Shown piece after piece: positions 9,435 to 18,029 of a stretch of DNA of 54,477 nt. Every line of letters begins with the position of its first letter. Within the stretch, counting starts at the first letter, position 1. The notes under the pieces were generated by a model. It searched no databases. It was not told the origin of the DNA and saw nothing but the letters and a program-made list of their open reading frames with translations. The stretch lies in assembly GCA_002071025.1 (NCBI GenBank), contig MWEJ01000002.1, forward strand, positions 1 to 54,477, read 5' to 3'. Position numbers and translations under genes: made by a program. This stretch comes from Verrucomicrobia bacterium ADurb.Bin070 (GTDB taxonomy: Bacteria > Verrucomicrobiota > Kiritimatiellia > RFP12 > UBA1067).

Positions 9435-10730
9435 ATGACGCGCATACGCATCCCTTACCACACGTCCGCCCTAGAAGCGGATCTCCCGCCCGAATGCCAG
9501 ACGGTGATTCTGACGTCGTCCTGTCACGCCGCCACGGATGCCCGGCCGCCTTCAATCGAAGAGCAGCGTCGGCGTGTCGGGCGCGCGCTGGACCAGCCCA
9601 TCGGTTCGACGCCGCTTGAAGCACTCGCGGCCGGCCGGGCGACGGCCACGATCATCACCAGCGACCATACGCGCCCGGTGCCCAGCCGCATCACGCTGCC
9701 GCTTCTGCTTGAGCGCCTCCGCCGCGGCAACCCCTCGATCGACATTCGCATCCTCGTGGCCACCGGCTGCCACCGAGCGACGACCCCTGACGAGATGCGC
9801 GAGAAATTCGGCGAGGAGGTCGTGCGTCGAGAAACGTTTCTGATGCACGATTGCACGGACACCGCAAGCCTGCGCCAACTCGCGCGCCTGCCCTCCGGCG
9901 GCGAACTCTGGCTGAACCGCGCGGCGCTGGATACCGAGCTGCTGGTGGCTGAGGGGTTCATCGAACCCCACTTTTTCGCGGGTTTTTCCGGCGGACGCAA
10001 AAGCGTGCTGCCCGGCATCGCCGGCCGCGCCACCGTGCTCGCCAACCACTGCGCCGCCTTCATCGCCGACCCGTGCGCCCGCGCCGGCAGCTTGCAGGGC
10101 AACCCGATTCACCGCGACATGCTCTTCGCCGCGCGGCAGGCGCGCTTGGCGTTTATTCTCAACGTCACGATCAATGCCGACAAGAGCATTCGCGCCGCCT
10201 TTGCCGGCCACCCCGAAGAGGCGCACGCTGCCGGCTGCCGCCAACTCGCGAGTGAGGTCACCGTACCCCGCATGCCCGCTGACATCGTGATCACCGGCAA
10301 CGGCGGTTATCCGCTCGACCAGAACATTTATCAAGCCGTCAAGGGCATGACCGCCGCCGAAGCCTGTTGCAAGCCCGGCGGCACCCTGATCATGGTGGCG
10401 GGCTGCTGCGACGGCGCAGGCGGCGAACACTTTTTCAAGGCGCTGTCCGAAATGAAAAATCCGCAGGAGTTGCTGGACGCGATCGAGCGCGTGCCGCAGA
10501 ACAAGACCGCGCCCGATCAATGGGAAGTTCAAATCCTTGCTCGCATTCTGGCCAAACACCGTGTGATCTTAGTCAGTGATGTTTGCGACGCGGCCGTGAT
10601 CCGGAGCATGGGTATGGATGCGGCGACAACTCTTCCCGAAGCGATTGACAGCGCGCGACGCACGGCACCGCCGGACGCGCGCGTGACCGTCATTCCGGAT
10701 GGTGTATCCGTCATTGTGGAGAACACGTGA
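9435..10730 (+). CDS. larA: nickel-pincer-dependent 2-hydroxyacid (lactate) racemase, LarA family
   Basis: ORF-track frame 9393..10730. Start set to ATG 9435 (MTRIRIPY). Motifs SDHTRPVP and IEPHFFAGFSGGRKSVLPG...LANH contain the catalytic His, the cofactor-tethering Lys and the Ni-ligand His as I recall them from LarA. Confidence 0.8.
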   Translation: MTRIRIPYHTSALEADLPPECQTVILTSSCHAATDARPPSIEEQRRRVGRALDQPIGSTPLEALAAGRATATIITSDHTRPVPSRITLPLLLERLRRGNPSIDIRILVATGCHRATTPDEMREKFGEEVVRRETFLMHDCTDTASLRQLARLPSGGELWLNRAALDTELLVAEGFIEPHFFAGFSGGRKSVLPGIAGRATVLANHCAAFIADPCARAGSLQGNPIHRDMLFAARQARLAFILNVTINADKSIRAAFAGHPEEAHAAGCRQLASEVTVPRMPADIVITGNGGYPLDQNIYQAVKGMTAAEACCKPGGTLIMVAGCCDGAGGEHFFKALSEMKNPQELLDAIERVPQNKTAPDQWEVQILARILAKHRVILVSDVCDAAVIRSMGMDAATTLPEAIDSARRTAPPDARVTVIPDGVSVIVENT

Positions 10731-10731
10731 G

Positions 10732-11526
10732 ATGCGAATCCTAGTTTGTATTAAACAAGTCCCCGGCACGACGCAGGTGGACATCGATGAAAAAACCGGC
10801 GTGCTGAAGCGCGACGGCGTCGAATCAAAAATCAACCCGTACGATCTGTACGCGATCGAGACCGCGTTGCGCCTCAAGGCGCACTGGCCGGAGGCCACGA
10901 CCCTCGCGCTCACCATGGGCCCGCCGCAGGCTGAACAGTCGCTGCGCGAAGCGCTGATGATGGGCATCGACGAAGTGGCCCTGATCTCCGACCGCGCGTT
11001 CGCCGGCTCTGACGTGCTGGCGACCGCCTACACGCTGTCGCAGGCCATCCAGGCCATCGGCGACACCGGCATCATCATCTGCGGCCAGCAGACCACCGAC
11101 GGCGACACCGCGCAGGTCGGCCCGGAAATCGCAGAATTCCTGGACATCCCCCATGCGACCAACATCAGCGCCATCCCTGAATGCCAGACGCGCGCGGTGA
11201 CGGTGCAGGTCGATCTCCCCACAACCGAGGAGACCATCCGCCTACCGCTGCCCTGCCTGCTCTCCGTCAACAAGGGCATCCACACGCCCCGCCTGCCCTC
11301 GTTCAAACGCAAAAAAGAGACGCGCGAGGTGGCGGTGCGCCGCATGACGCTGGCTGACTTTCCAGACACCGACCCTGACCATTACGGACTGAACGGCTCG
11401 CCGACCAACGTGGTGCGGATCTTCCCGCCTGAACACCATGTCACCCGTGAAACGTGGGAAGGTTCTTCCGGCGAGTTGGCCGGAAGGCTCTGCACCTATT
11501 TGCGCGATTCAAAATTTCTGGTTTAG
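10732..11526 (+). CDS. etfB: electron transfer flavoprotein beta subunit, bifurcating type
   Basis: ORF-track frame 10699..11526. Start is ATG 10732, 1 nt after the larA stop (MRILVCIKQVPG). It contains GQQTTDGDTAQVGPEIAEFL, the DGDTAQVGP block I associate with NADH-binding (bifurcating) Etfs. Confidence 0.85.
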   Translation: MRILVCIKQVPGTTQVDIDEKTGVLKRDGVESKINPYDLYAIETALRLKAHWPEATTLALTMGPPQAEQSLREALMMGIDEVALISDRAFAGSDVLATAYTLSQAIQAIGDTGIIICGQQTTDGDTAQVGPEIAEFLDIPHATNISAIPECQTRAVTVQVDLPTTEETIRLPLPCLLSVNKGIHTPRLPSFKRKKETREVAVRRMTLADFPDTDPDHYGLNGSPTNVVRIFPPEHHVTRETWEGSSGELAGRLCTYLRDSKFLV

Positions 11527-11535
11527 GAACCTATC

Positions 11536-12732
11536 ATGGCAGAACTCATCGTCCATCAAGAAAAAATCCCGGATCTCGCGCACATCGCCGACCTGTGTCC
11601 GTTCGGCGCCATCGAGGTCAACGCGAACCGCGTCAGCATTTCGCCGGCGTGCCGCATGTGTAAGCTCTGCATCAAGAAAGGGCCTCCCGGCGCTTTTGAA
11701 CTTGTCGAAAGCCGGCTGGCTGAAATAGACAAAAACGCATGGCGCGGCGTCGCGGTCTATATCGACCAGACCGAAGGCGAGATCCATCCGGTTTCACTGG
11801 AACTGGTCGGCAAAGCCTGCGAACTGGCCGGCAAGATCGGCCAACCGGTCTACGCAGTAGTGGCCGGACATCGCCTCGCCGCATTGACCGAAGAGCTGCG
11901 GCATTACGGCATCGATACGATCACGGTCTACGACCACCCGCAACTGGAGCACTTCCGCATCGAACCCTACACGGCGGTGCTCGAAGACTTCATCAACCGC
12001 TGCAAACCCTCTACCGTGCTGGTCGGCGGCACGGCGATCGGCCGTTCACTGGCACCGCGCGTGGCCGCGCGCTTCCGCACCGGTTTGACCGCAGACTGCA
12101 CCTTTCTGGATATGCAGCCCAACACCGACCTCGACCAGATCCGTCCGGCGTTCGGCGGCAACATCATGGCGCACATCCGGACGCCGCGCCACCGGCCGCA
12201 GTTCGCCACCGTCCGCTATAAAATCTTTTCAGCGCCTCAACGCCGCGCAGAGCCGGACGGCGATGTGATCGCCGTGACGCCGAGCGACGCCATGCTGGCC
12301 TCCAGCATCGAAACGCTGTCGTCCCACCGCAAAGAGCCGGTCAAGAACATCGAAGACGCCGATGTGTTGGTCGTGGCGGGCCAAGGGATCCAGCGGCGCG
12401 AGAATCTTGATCTGCTACAACAGCTCGCCGACCGTCTGGGCGGCATGGTGGGCGGAACCCGTCCGGTCATCGAAGCCGGCTGGCTGGAACCGCGCCGCCA
12501 GATCGGGCTCAGCGGACGCACAGTCAAACCCAAGCTGATCATCACCTGCGGCGTATCCGGGTCAATTCAGTTTGTCGCCGGCATGAGCGGTGCGGAAAAA
12601 ATCATCGCCATCAACATCGACCCTGACGCTTCGATTTTCAAAATCGCGCACACGGCCATGATCGGCGACGTCTGTGAAATCATCCCCGAACTTTTGGACA
12701 CGCTTGCGAAGGGAGACAAAACCCATGTCTGA
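11536..12732 (+). CDS. etfA: electron transfer flavoprotein alpha subunit with N-terminal ferredoxin-like 4-Cys domain
   Basis: 398 aa. The N-terminus (LCPFGAIEV...[11 protein letters not shown]) supplies four Cys residues for one [4Fe-4S] cluster. The rest is EtfA-like ([24 protein letters not shown]). Confidence 0.85.
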   Translation: MAELIVHQEKIPDLAHIADLCPFGAIEVNANRVSISPACRMCKLCIKKGPPGAFELVESRLAEIDKNAWRGVAVYIDQTEGEIHPVSLELVGKACELAGKIGQPVYAVVAGHRLAALTEELRHYGIDTITVYDHPQLEHFRIEPYTAVLEDFINRCKPSTVLVGGTAIGRSLAPRVAARFRTGLTADCTFLDMQPNTDLDQIRPAFGGNIMAHIRTPRHRPQFATVRYKIFSAPQRRAEPDGDVIAVTPSDAMLASSIETLSSHRKEPVKNIEDADVLVVAGQGIQRRENLDLLQQLADRLGGMVGGTRPVIEAGWLEPRRQIGLSGRTVKPKLIITCGVSGSIQFVAGMSGAEKIIAINIDPDASIFKIAHTAMIGDVCEIIPELLDTLAKGDKTHV

Positions 12733-14131
12733 GTCGCCTTTCAACCGTCTGACCGCCGCCGACATCGCCCACCTCAAATCCGTGGTGGAGCCGGAGGGGA
12801 AAGTCACGCCGCGCGAAGCCATCCATGAGGATTACAGCCACGACGAGATGGGCGCGGTGCATCACTTCCCCGATGTCTTGGTCGAGGCCGTGTCCACCGA
12901 GCAGGTCGCAGCCGTGCTGCGCTACGCAAACGACCGCCGCCTGCCGGTGACGCCTCGCGGACAAGGCACCGGTCTGGTTGGTGCCGCGGTCGCCCTCTAT
13001 GGCGGCATCATGCTGAGCACCGCGCGCATGAACCGTATCTTGGAACTGGACGAGGACAACCTCACGCTTACCGTCGAGCCCGGCGTGCTGCTGATGGACA
13101 TCGCCAAGTTTGTCGAAGAACACGACCTCTTCTATCCACCGGATCCCGGCGAGAAGAGCGCCTCGATCGGCGGCAACATCAGCACCAACGCGGGCGGCAT
13201 GCGTGCCGTCAAATACGGCGTGACGCGCGACTACGTGCGCGGCCTCGAAGTGGTCCTCGCCAGCGGCGACATCATCGAGGTCGGCGGCAAGATCGTCAAA
13301 AACAGTTCGGGGTACGGCGTCAAGGATCTGATCGTCGGCTCCGAAGGCACGCTCGGCTTTGTGACGAAAGCCATCCTCAAACTGCTGCCCCTTCCCAAGA
13401 AAGCCATCAGTCTGCTGGTACCCTTCGCCGATCTCGCGACCGCCATCGAAACGGTTCCCGTCATCATCCGGTCCAAGTACATCCCGACAGCGATCGAGTA
13501 CATGGAAAAACCGGTGATTCTCTGCGCCGAGCAATATCTGGGCAAGAAATTCCCCGACCACTCGTCCGACGCCTACCTGCTGCTGACTTTCGACGGCAAC
13601 AGCCGCGAAGAGGTCGAGGCCATCTACGAGAAGGTCGCCGAGGTTTGCCTGCAGGCCGGGGCCAAGGATGTGCTCATTTCCGACACCGACGAGCGTCAGG
13701 TCTCGATCTGGAGTGCGCGCGGTGCCTTTCTCGAGGCGATCAAGGCCTCGACCTCAGAAATGGAAGAGTGCGATGTGGTCGTGCCGCGCAACCATGTGGC
13801 CGATTTTGTGAAATACACCAAACAGGTCGAACGGGATGTCGGCGTGCGCCTGAGCGGTTTCGGCCATGCCGGCGACGGCAATCTGCACGTCTACGTGCTG
13901 CGCGACGACTTCGCCCCGGAGACCTACGCGCGCAAGCTCAACGAGGCCTTTGACCTGCTCTATGCCAAGGCGCGCGCGCTTGGCGGCCAGGTCTCGGGTG
14001 AGCACGGCATCGGTTTCGCCAAGAAAGCCTTTTTGGCCGAATCGCTCGGCGAGGTCTCCATCAGTCTGCTGCGCAGCATCAAACGGGCCTTCGACCCCAA
14101 CGGCATCCTCAACCCCGGCAAGGTCTGCTGA
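12725..14131 (+). CDS. FAD-linked oxidase, GlcD/D-lactate dehydrogenase family
   Basis: ORF-track frame 12674..14131. Start is ATG 12725 (MSESPF), overlapping the etfA stop by 8 nt. The FAD-binding PCMH pattern is [13 protein letters not shown], with [12 protein letters not shown] near the C-terminus. Confidence 0.85.
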   Translation: MSESPFNRLTAADIAHLKSVVEPEGKVTPREAIHEDYSHDEMGAVHHFPDVLVEAVSTEQVAAVLRYANDRRLPVTPRGQGTGLVGAAVALYGGIMLSTARMNRILELDEDNLTLTVEPGVLLMDIAKFVEEHDLFYPPDPGEKSASIGGNISTNAGGMRAVKYGVTRDYVRGLEVVLASGDIIEVGGKIVKNSSGYGVKDLIVGSEGTLGFVTKAILKLLPLPKKAISLLVPFADLATAIETVPVIIRSKYIPTAIEYMEKPVILCAEQYLGKKFPDHSSDAYLLLTFDGNSREEVEAIYEKVAEVCLQAGAKDVLISDTDERQVSIWSARGAFLEAIKASTSEMEECDVVVPRNHVADFVKYTKQVERDVGVRLSGFGHAGDGNLHVYVLRDDFAPETYARKLNEAFDLLYAKARALGGQVSGEHGIGFAKKAFLAESLGEVSISLLRSIKRAFDPNGILNPGKVC

Positions 14132-15009
14132 TGAACAAGAGTCCCCTCACGCCCTTTGCACTCGAAGCTTATCTCGCCGATCGTAAACGTGACGTCGAGG
14201 AGCATCTGTTCGCCAGCCTGCCCGCCGCGGAGACACAACCCGCGATTCTTGCGGAGGCGATGCGCCACGCGGTTTTGTCGGGCGGCAAGCGCCTGCGGCC
14301 GATCCTCTGCCTGGCTGCCGCGGAAGCCGCCGGCGGCTCGGCTGCAGACGCATGCTGCGCGGCCACGGCGGTCGAGCTGCTCCACACCTACACGCTCGTG
14401 CATGACGACCTGCCCTGCATGGACAACGATCTGCTGCGCCGCGGCCAGCCCACCGTGCACGCCCGCTACGGCGAGGCGGTCGCGGTGCTGACCGGTGACG
14501 CCTTGCAGACGCTCGCCTTCGAAGTGCTGGCCAGCACACCGGAACGGCGCACCGGAACAGTGGCCCGGCTTGTCAAGGAGCTCGCCGCAGCCGCCGGTGC
14601 CGCCGGCGTGATCGCCGGACAGGTCGAGGACATCCGCTATGCCGCCGCACCCACGCGCGCCGTCATCGACTTTGTCTTCCAGCACAAAACCGCCGACCTC
14701 TTCAAAGCCGCCTGCCGCCTCGGCGCGATCGCCGCAGGCGGAGACGACGACACCGCCGTCGACCGGCTTGCGCGCTTTGCCGACGGACTGGGCTTCGCCT
14801 TTCAAATCGTCGACGATCTGCTCGACGCACAGGAGGCGTTGGCCGACGGCACCCCTGAACTCTCATGCCTCGCCGTGATGCCTGCCGACGCGGCGCGCGA
14901 CTGGGCGCGCAGCCTCACGGCGCAAGCCGTCGACGCGCTCGACGGCCTGCCGGGCGAGACCGCGCCGCTCGCGGCGCTGGCCGACCGCCTGCTCACGCGC
15001 ATCATCTGA
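14131..15009 (+). CDS. short-chain (E)-polyprenyl diphosphate synthase (FPP/GGPP synthase type)
   Basis: 292 aa. The first Asp-rich motif is LVHDDLPCMDNDLLRRG and the second is FQIVDDLLD. The start ATG overlaps the preceding stop (CTGATGA). Confidence 0.85.
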   Translation: MNKSPLTPFALEAYLADRKRDVEEHLFASLPAAETQPAILAEAMRHAVLSGGKRLRPILCLAAAEAAGGSAADACCAATAVELLHTYTLVHDDLPCMDNDLLRRGQPTVHARYGEAVAVLTGDALQTLAFEVLASTPERRTGTVARLVKELAAAAGAAGVIAGQVEDIRYAAAPTRAVIDFVFQHKTADLFKAACRLGAIAAGGDDDTAVDRLARFADGLGFAFQIVDDLLDAQEALADGTPELSCLAVMPADAARDWARSLTAQAVDALDGLPGETAPLAALADRLLTRII

Positions 15010-15016
15010 GCCCCTC

Positions 15017-15931
15017 ATGCCCACACCACTCATCCCGCACATCTTGATCACGGGCGCCACCGGCCTGCTGGGGCGGCCGCTGCTGCGCGCCTGCGTCAGC
15101 CGCCGCGAATGGCGCGTGACCGGCACCGCATTCCGACGTATCGGCCCCGGCCTGGAACGTCTGGACTTGTCGCAGACCGATGCCATTCCCGGCTTTCTCG
15201 ACCGGCTCGCGCCGGACATCATCATCCACACCGCCGCCGAGCGCCGCCCCGACGTGAGCGAGCGCGATCGCGCCGGCACGCAGCGCCTGAACGTCGGCAG
15301 CACCGCCGCCATCGCGCAGTGGGCCGCGTCGCGCGGAGCCTTTGTGATCTACATCTCCTCCGATTACGTGTTTGACGGCGCGCACCCGCCCTACCGCCCC
15401 GGGGACGCCACGCACCCGCTTAACGCCTACGGCCAAAGCAAGCTCGACGGCGAACGGGCGGTGCTGCGGGCCGGTTGCGATGCGGCCGTGCTGCGTGTGC
15501 CGCTCTTATACGGCGACGTGGAACGCCTGGACGAATCATCCGTGACGGTGCTGGCCGACGCCCTGATGAAAGCTGCCCCTGGCCAGCGGATCGCGATGGA
15601 GCACTGGGCCACGCGCTATCCCACGCACACGGCGGACGTCGCCGACGTGCTCGCCCGCATGACCGCGTACCGGCTGGCCCATCCCGGCTTCAGCGGTATC
15701 TTTCATTGGAGCGGCGACGAGGCGATGACCAAATACGACATGGCGCGTCTTTTCGCGCCGCTGGTCGGTGCCGATCCCGCGTGTCTCGTGCCGGACCCCG
15801 CGCCGCCCGCCGGCGCGCCGCGTCCCCGGGACGCCCATCTCGACACCTCCGACCTGGAGCGACTGGGCATCGGCCGCCGCACGGCCTTCGCCGCTGCCAT
15901 TCCCGCCATCCTCGCGCCGCACCTCCGCTGA
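15017..15931 (+). CDS. NAD(P)-dependent sugar-nucleotide reductase, RmlD-like (dTDP-4-dehydrorhamnose reductase family)
   Basis: 304 aa. Motifs are ILITGATGLLG, YISSDYVFDG and NAYGQSKLDGE (the YxxxK catalytic pair). Confidence 0.7.
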   Translation: MPTPLIPHILITGATGLLGRPLLRACVSRREWRVTGTAFRRIGPGLERLDLSQTDAIPGFLDRLAPDIIIHTAAERRPDVSERDRAGTQRLNVGSTAAIAQWAASRGAFVIYISSDYVFDGAHPPYRPGDATHPLNAYGQSKLDGERAVLRAGCDAAVLRVPLLYGDVERLDESSVTVLADALMKAAPGQRIAMEHWATRYPTHTADVADVLARMTAYRLAHPGFSGIFHWSGDEAMTKYDMARLFAPLVGADPACLVPDPAPPAGAPRPRDAHLDTSDLERLGIGRRTAFAAAIPAILAPHLR

Positions 15932-15935
15932 GCGG

Positions 15936-16628
15936 TCAACGGCGCGCGGCCTTCAGCCGCTCGATCTCGGCCAGCGAGTGATTCATGTGGTCGCGCTCGT
16001 CCAACCCTACCCGGCGCACGAGGTCAGCCAGAGTTTTCTGACGCGGATAATAGGCGAACCAGACGGAATCGACCGGCTGCTGCTCGAACTCCGGATGCTC
16101 GCGCGCGTAGAGCATGTATTCGTGTTCGGCGTGCGACTCGAAGGCCGCGTTCATCGCGAACGACCAGACGGGATTGAGCCGGTACATGACGCGCGTCAGG
16201 CAGAAGTAGACAAAGGTCATCGTACGCGGCAGCAGCAGATGCCGGAACCAGGAGAGCGGGATACCTTTCTGGTGGCAGAGGTCGGCCCACAGCAGCATGT
16301 GCCACTGCTCGTTGTCCTGCGCCTCGCGCCCCATCTGAATGTGGCGCAGCGCGACCTCGATCTGCTCGCGCGGCACCGGCCGCGTGCCGCAGTGCCACTT
16401 CGAGAGCAGGCGGTAGGCGCCATGTTCCCAAGCCCAATAGGGGTAGCGCGCCAGAATTTCCAGCACCATGACCTTAGGCAGCGACCTCGCCTTGCCGTAC
16501 AGAACATCAAAGGTCAGGAACATGATTTTGAGCATGAGATTCGCCGGCAGCCGCGGCGTCGCGAGCGTGCGCTTCATCTCCTCTTTCAGGTCGATTTCTT
16601 TCCCCATCGTAAATACGGCGTCTGTCAT
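15936..16628 (-). CDS. alternative oxidase (AOX/PTOX)-like di-iron carboxylate protein
   Basis: 230 aa. Four helix motifs occur in AOX order: LEILARYPYW, NEQWHMLLW (ExxH), FESHAEHEY and DERDHMNHS (ExxH). AGGAG lies 6 nt before the ATG at 16628. Confidence 0.65.
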   Translation of the reverse strand: MTDAVFTMGKEIDLKEEMKRTLATPRLPANLMLKIMFLTFDVLYGKARSLPKVMVLEILARYPYWAWEHGAYRLLSKWHCGTRPVPREQIEVALRHIQMGREAQDNEQWHMLLWADLCHQKGIPLSWFRHLLLPRTMTFVYFCLTRVMYRLNPVWSFAMNAAFESHAEHEYMLYAREHPEFEQQPVDSVWFAYYPRQKTLADLVRRVGLDERDHMNHSLAEIERLKAARR

Positions 16629-16759
16629 GATGCTCTCCTGCAGGCTGGCACACGGGTCTCTTGATAAAGTAAAAGATGATACAGGATTTTATCGCATGCC
16701 GCGCGAACAAACGCACGCCATTTCAACAGAAAAAACTGTCGCCACAGCGTGATTCCGCG

Positions 16760-16788
16760 TTGACAGCCGCGACGGTTTTTGACATAGT
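16760..16788 (+). promoter_or_regulatory. candidate sigma-70-type promoter for tRNA-Tyr/rpsU
   Basis: TTGACA at 16760-16765, a 17-nt spacer, then CATAGT at 16783-16788, ending 20 nt upstream of the mature tRNA 5' end. Confidence 0.3.
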
Positions 16789-16808
16789 GCGACCCGTGTT
16801 TTTCACAC

Positions 16809-16894
16809 GGTAGGGTACCGAAGTGGCCAACCGGGGCAGACTGTAAATCTGCTGGCTAACGCCTTCCTTGGTTCGAATCCAAGCCCTACCACCA
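16809..16894 (+). tRNA. tRNA-Tyr (anticodon GTA), class II with long variable arm, CCA encoded
   Basis: Folded by hand. Acceptor stem GGTAGGG/CCCTACC. Anticodon stem GCAGA/TCTGC with loop CTGTAAA. Variable arm GGC-TAAC-GCC. T arm CTTGG-TTCGAAT-CCAAG. Discriminator A followed by CCA. Confidence 0.92.
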
Positions 16895-16955
16895 TTTATT
16901 TGACCCGAGGTCCGGCAACGGTCGACGGTGCCGAGACACGGGGTGTTGAAAGGGG

Positions 16956-17162
16956 GTGACTAGCGTGATTCAACTCCGATTGAAAAAAGGTGAGTCTGTC
17001 GAGCGTGCGCTCAAGCGGCTCAAGAAGATCATGGACAAAGAAGGCCTGCTGAAGCAGCTCCGCAACAATCGTTACTACGAGAAACCGTGCGAAAAGGCTC
17101 GCCGTAAATCGGCACGCGCCCGTATCCGTAACAACTCCCGCCGAGCGATGCGAGAGATGTGA
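16956..17162 (+). CDS. rpsU: 30S ribosomal protein S21
   Basis: 68 aa with a GTG start after AAAGGGGG. The sequence IQLRLKKGESVERALKRLKKIMDKEGLLKQLRNNRYYEKPCEKARRK matches the S21 pattern. Confidence 0.9.
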   Translation: MTSVIQLRLKKGESVERALKRLKKIMDKEGLLKQLRNNRYYEKPCEKARRKSARARIRNNSRRAMREM

Positions 17163-17190
17163 GCGAGAAGGGTTGTCACCCAATAAAAGG

Positions 17191-17222
17191 AGCGTTTCGG
17201 AGTGATCCGGAACGCTTTTTTT
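17191..17222. terminator. intrinsic terminator shared by convergent rpsU and tsaC
   Basis: AGCGTTTCGG-agtgat-CCGGAACGCT stem-loop (one G-U pair) followed by T7 on the plus strand. It lies between the rpsU stop (17162) and the tsaC stop (17230). Confidence 0.75.
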
Positions 17223-17229
17223 GTCGACG

Positions 17230-17817
17230 TCAACCGCCGGCTGCCGCACGCCGCAGCGTTTCGGCGTCAATCGCTCCGTCGCGCAGGATCTCCAGCGCGC
17301 CGTTTTGGCCGACCCGCACCACACTGCTCGCCACACCGCCGGGGCAGACCCCGCCGTCGATCACGAGGTCGGCTTCAAGGCCGACGTCCCGCAGCGCGTC
17401 CACAGCGCTGACGGCAGGCATCGCGCCGCTCAGGTTGGCGCTCGTCACCCGCAGCGTGCCGCCGCATGCAGCCAACACTCTGCGCGTCGCGGGATGATCG
17501 GGGACACGGAACCCCTCTTCGCCTCCGCCGCACGGCAACACCAGTGTCAACGCGCCCGGCCAGAAGCGCTCCGCCAACCGCCGCGCAGCCAGTGGCAGAA
17601 CCGCGCCGAATGCGAGCACGGATGCCAGATCGGCCGCGAGCAGCGCGATCGGTTTGCCGATCGGCCGTCCCTTGATTGTGCAGATGCGCGCCACGGCTCC
17701 GGCACAGTCCGGGTGCGCCGCGATTCCGTACACGGTGTCCGTCGGGATGATCACCACGCCGCCGGCACGCAGCAGGCGCACCGCTTTTTCATGTTCTGTG
17801 CTCCACTCGCAGGTCAT
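17230..17817 (-). CDS. tsaC: L-threonylcarbamoyladenylate synthase (TsaC/YrdC/Sua5 family)
   Basis: 195 aa. Motifs are GGVVIIPTDTVYGIAA, RICTIKGRPIGKP and LRVTSANLSG. Confidence 0.85.
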   Translation of the reverse strand: MTCEWSTEHEKAVRLLRAGGVVIIPTDTVYGIAAHPDCAGAVARICTIKGRPIGKPIALLAADLASVLAFGAVLPLAARRLAERFWPGALTLVLPCGGGEEGFRVPDHPATRRVLAACGGTLRVTSANLSGAMPAVSAVDALRDVGLEADLVIDGGVCPGGVASSVVRVGQNGALEILRDGAIDAETLRRAAAGG

Positions 17818-17851
17818 GCCTTCTTTTTATCACAGGTGCGGAAGACGGCGC

Positions 17852-17917
17852 AAGGTGGACACCTTCTCGGCGGACGGGTAATGCGCTGAAAACCATGTTT
17901 TGAAGGTGTTCAACACC
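17852..17917. promoter_or_regulatory. two related short palindromes in the tsaC/epimerase divergent spacer (candidate operator sites)
   Basis: AAGGTG-ga-CACCTT at 17852-17865 and GGTGTT-c-AACACC at 17905-17917. The second is preceded by AA, so both contain AAGGTG. Confidence 0.25.
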
Positions 17918-18029
17918 CGGCAGGATTTGGTAACGTAACCCTGCTTTCCCGTTGTGGTCTTGTTGCGTTTGATGGCTACGGGGTCAGGGCATTTCACACG
18001 GCGACGCGACGGATGTGAAGGGATTACGG

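Noticed and set aside
8032-14805. Long minus-strand ORFs opposite the Gfo/larA/etf/LDH/ispA genes: 8032..9087, 9552..10559, 12680..13561 and 13960..14805.
   Set aside because: Each lies antisense to a gene with unambiguous family motifs, and the translations are low-complexity (Arg/Gly/Ala/Val-rich). This is a GC-rich antisense artefact.
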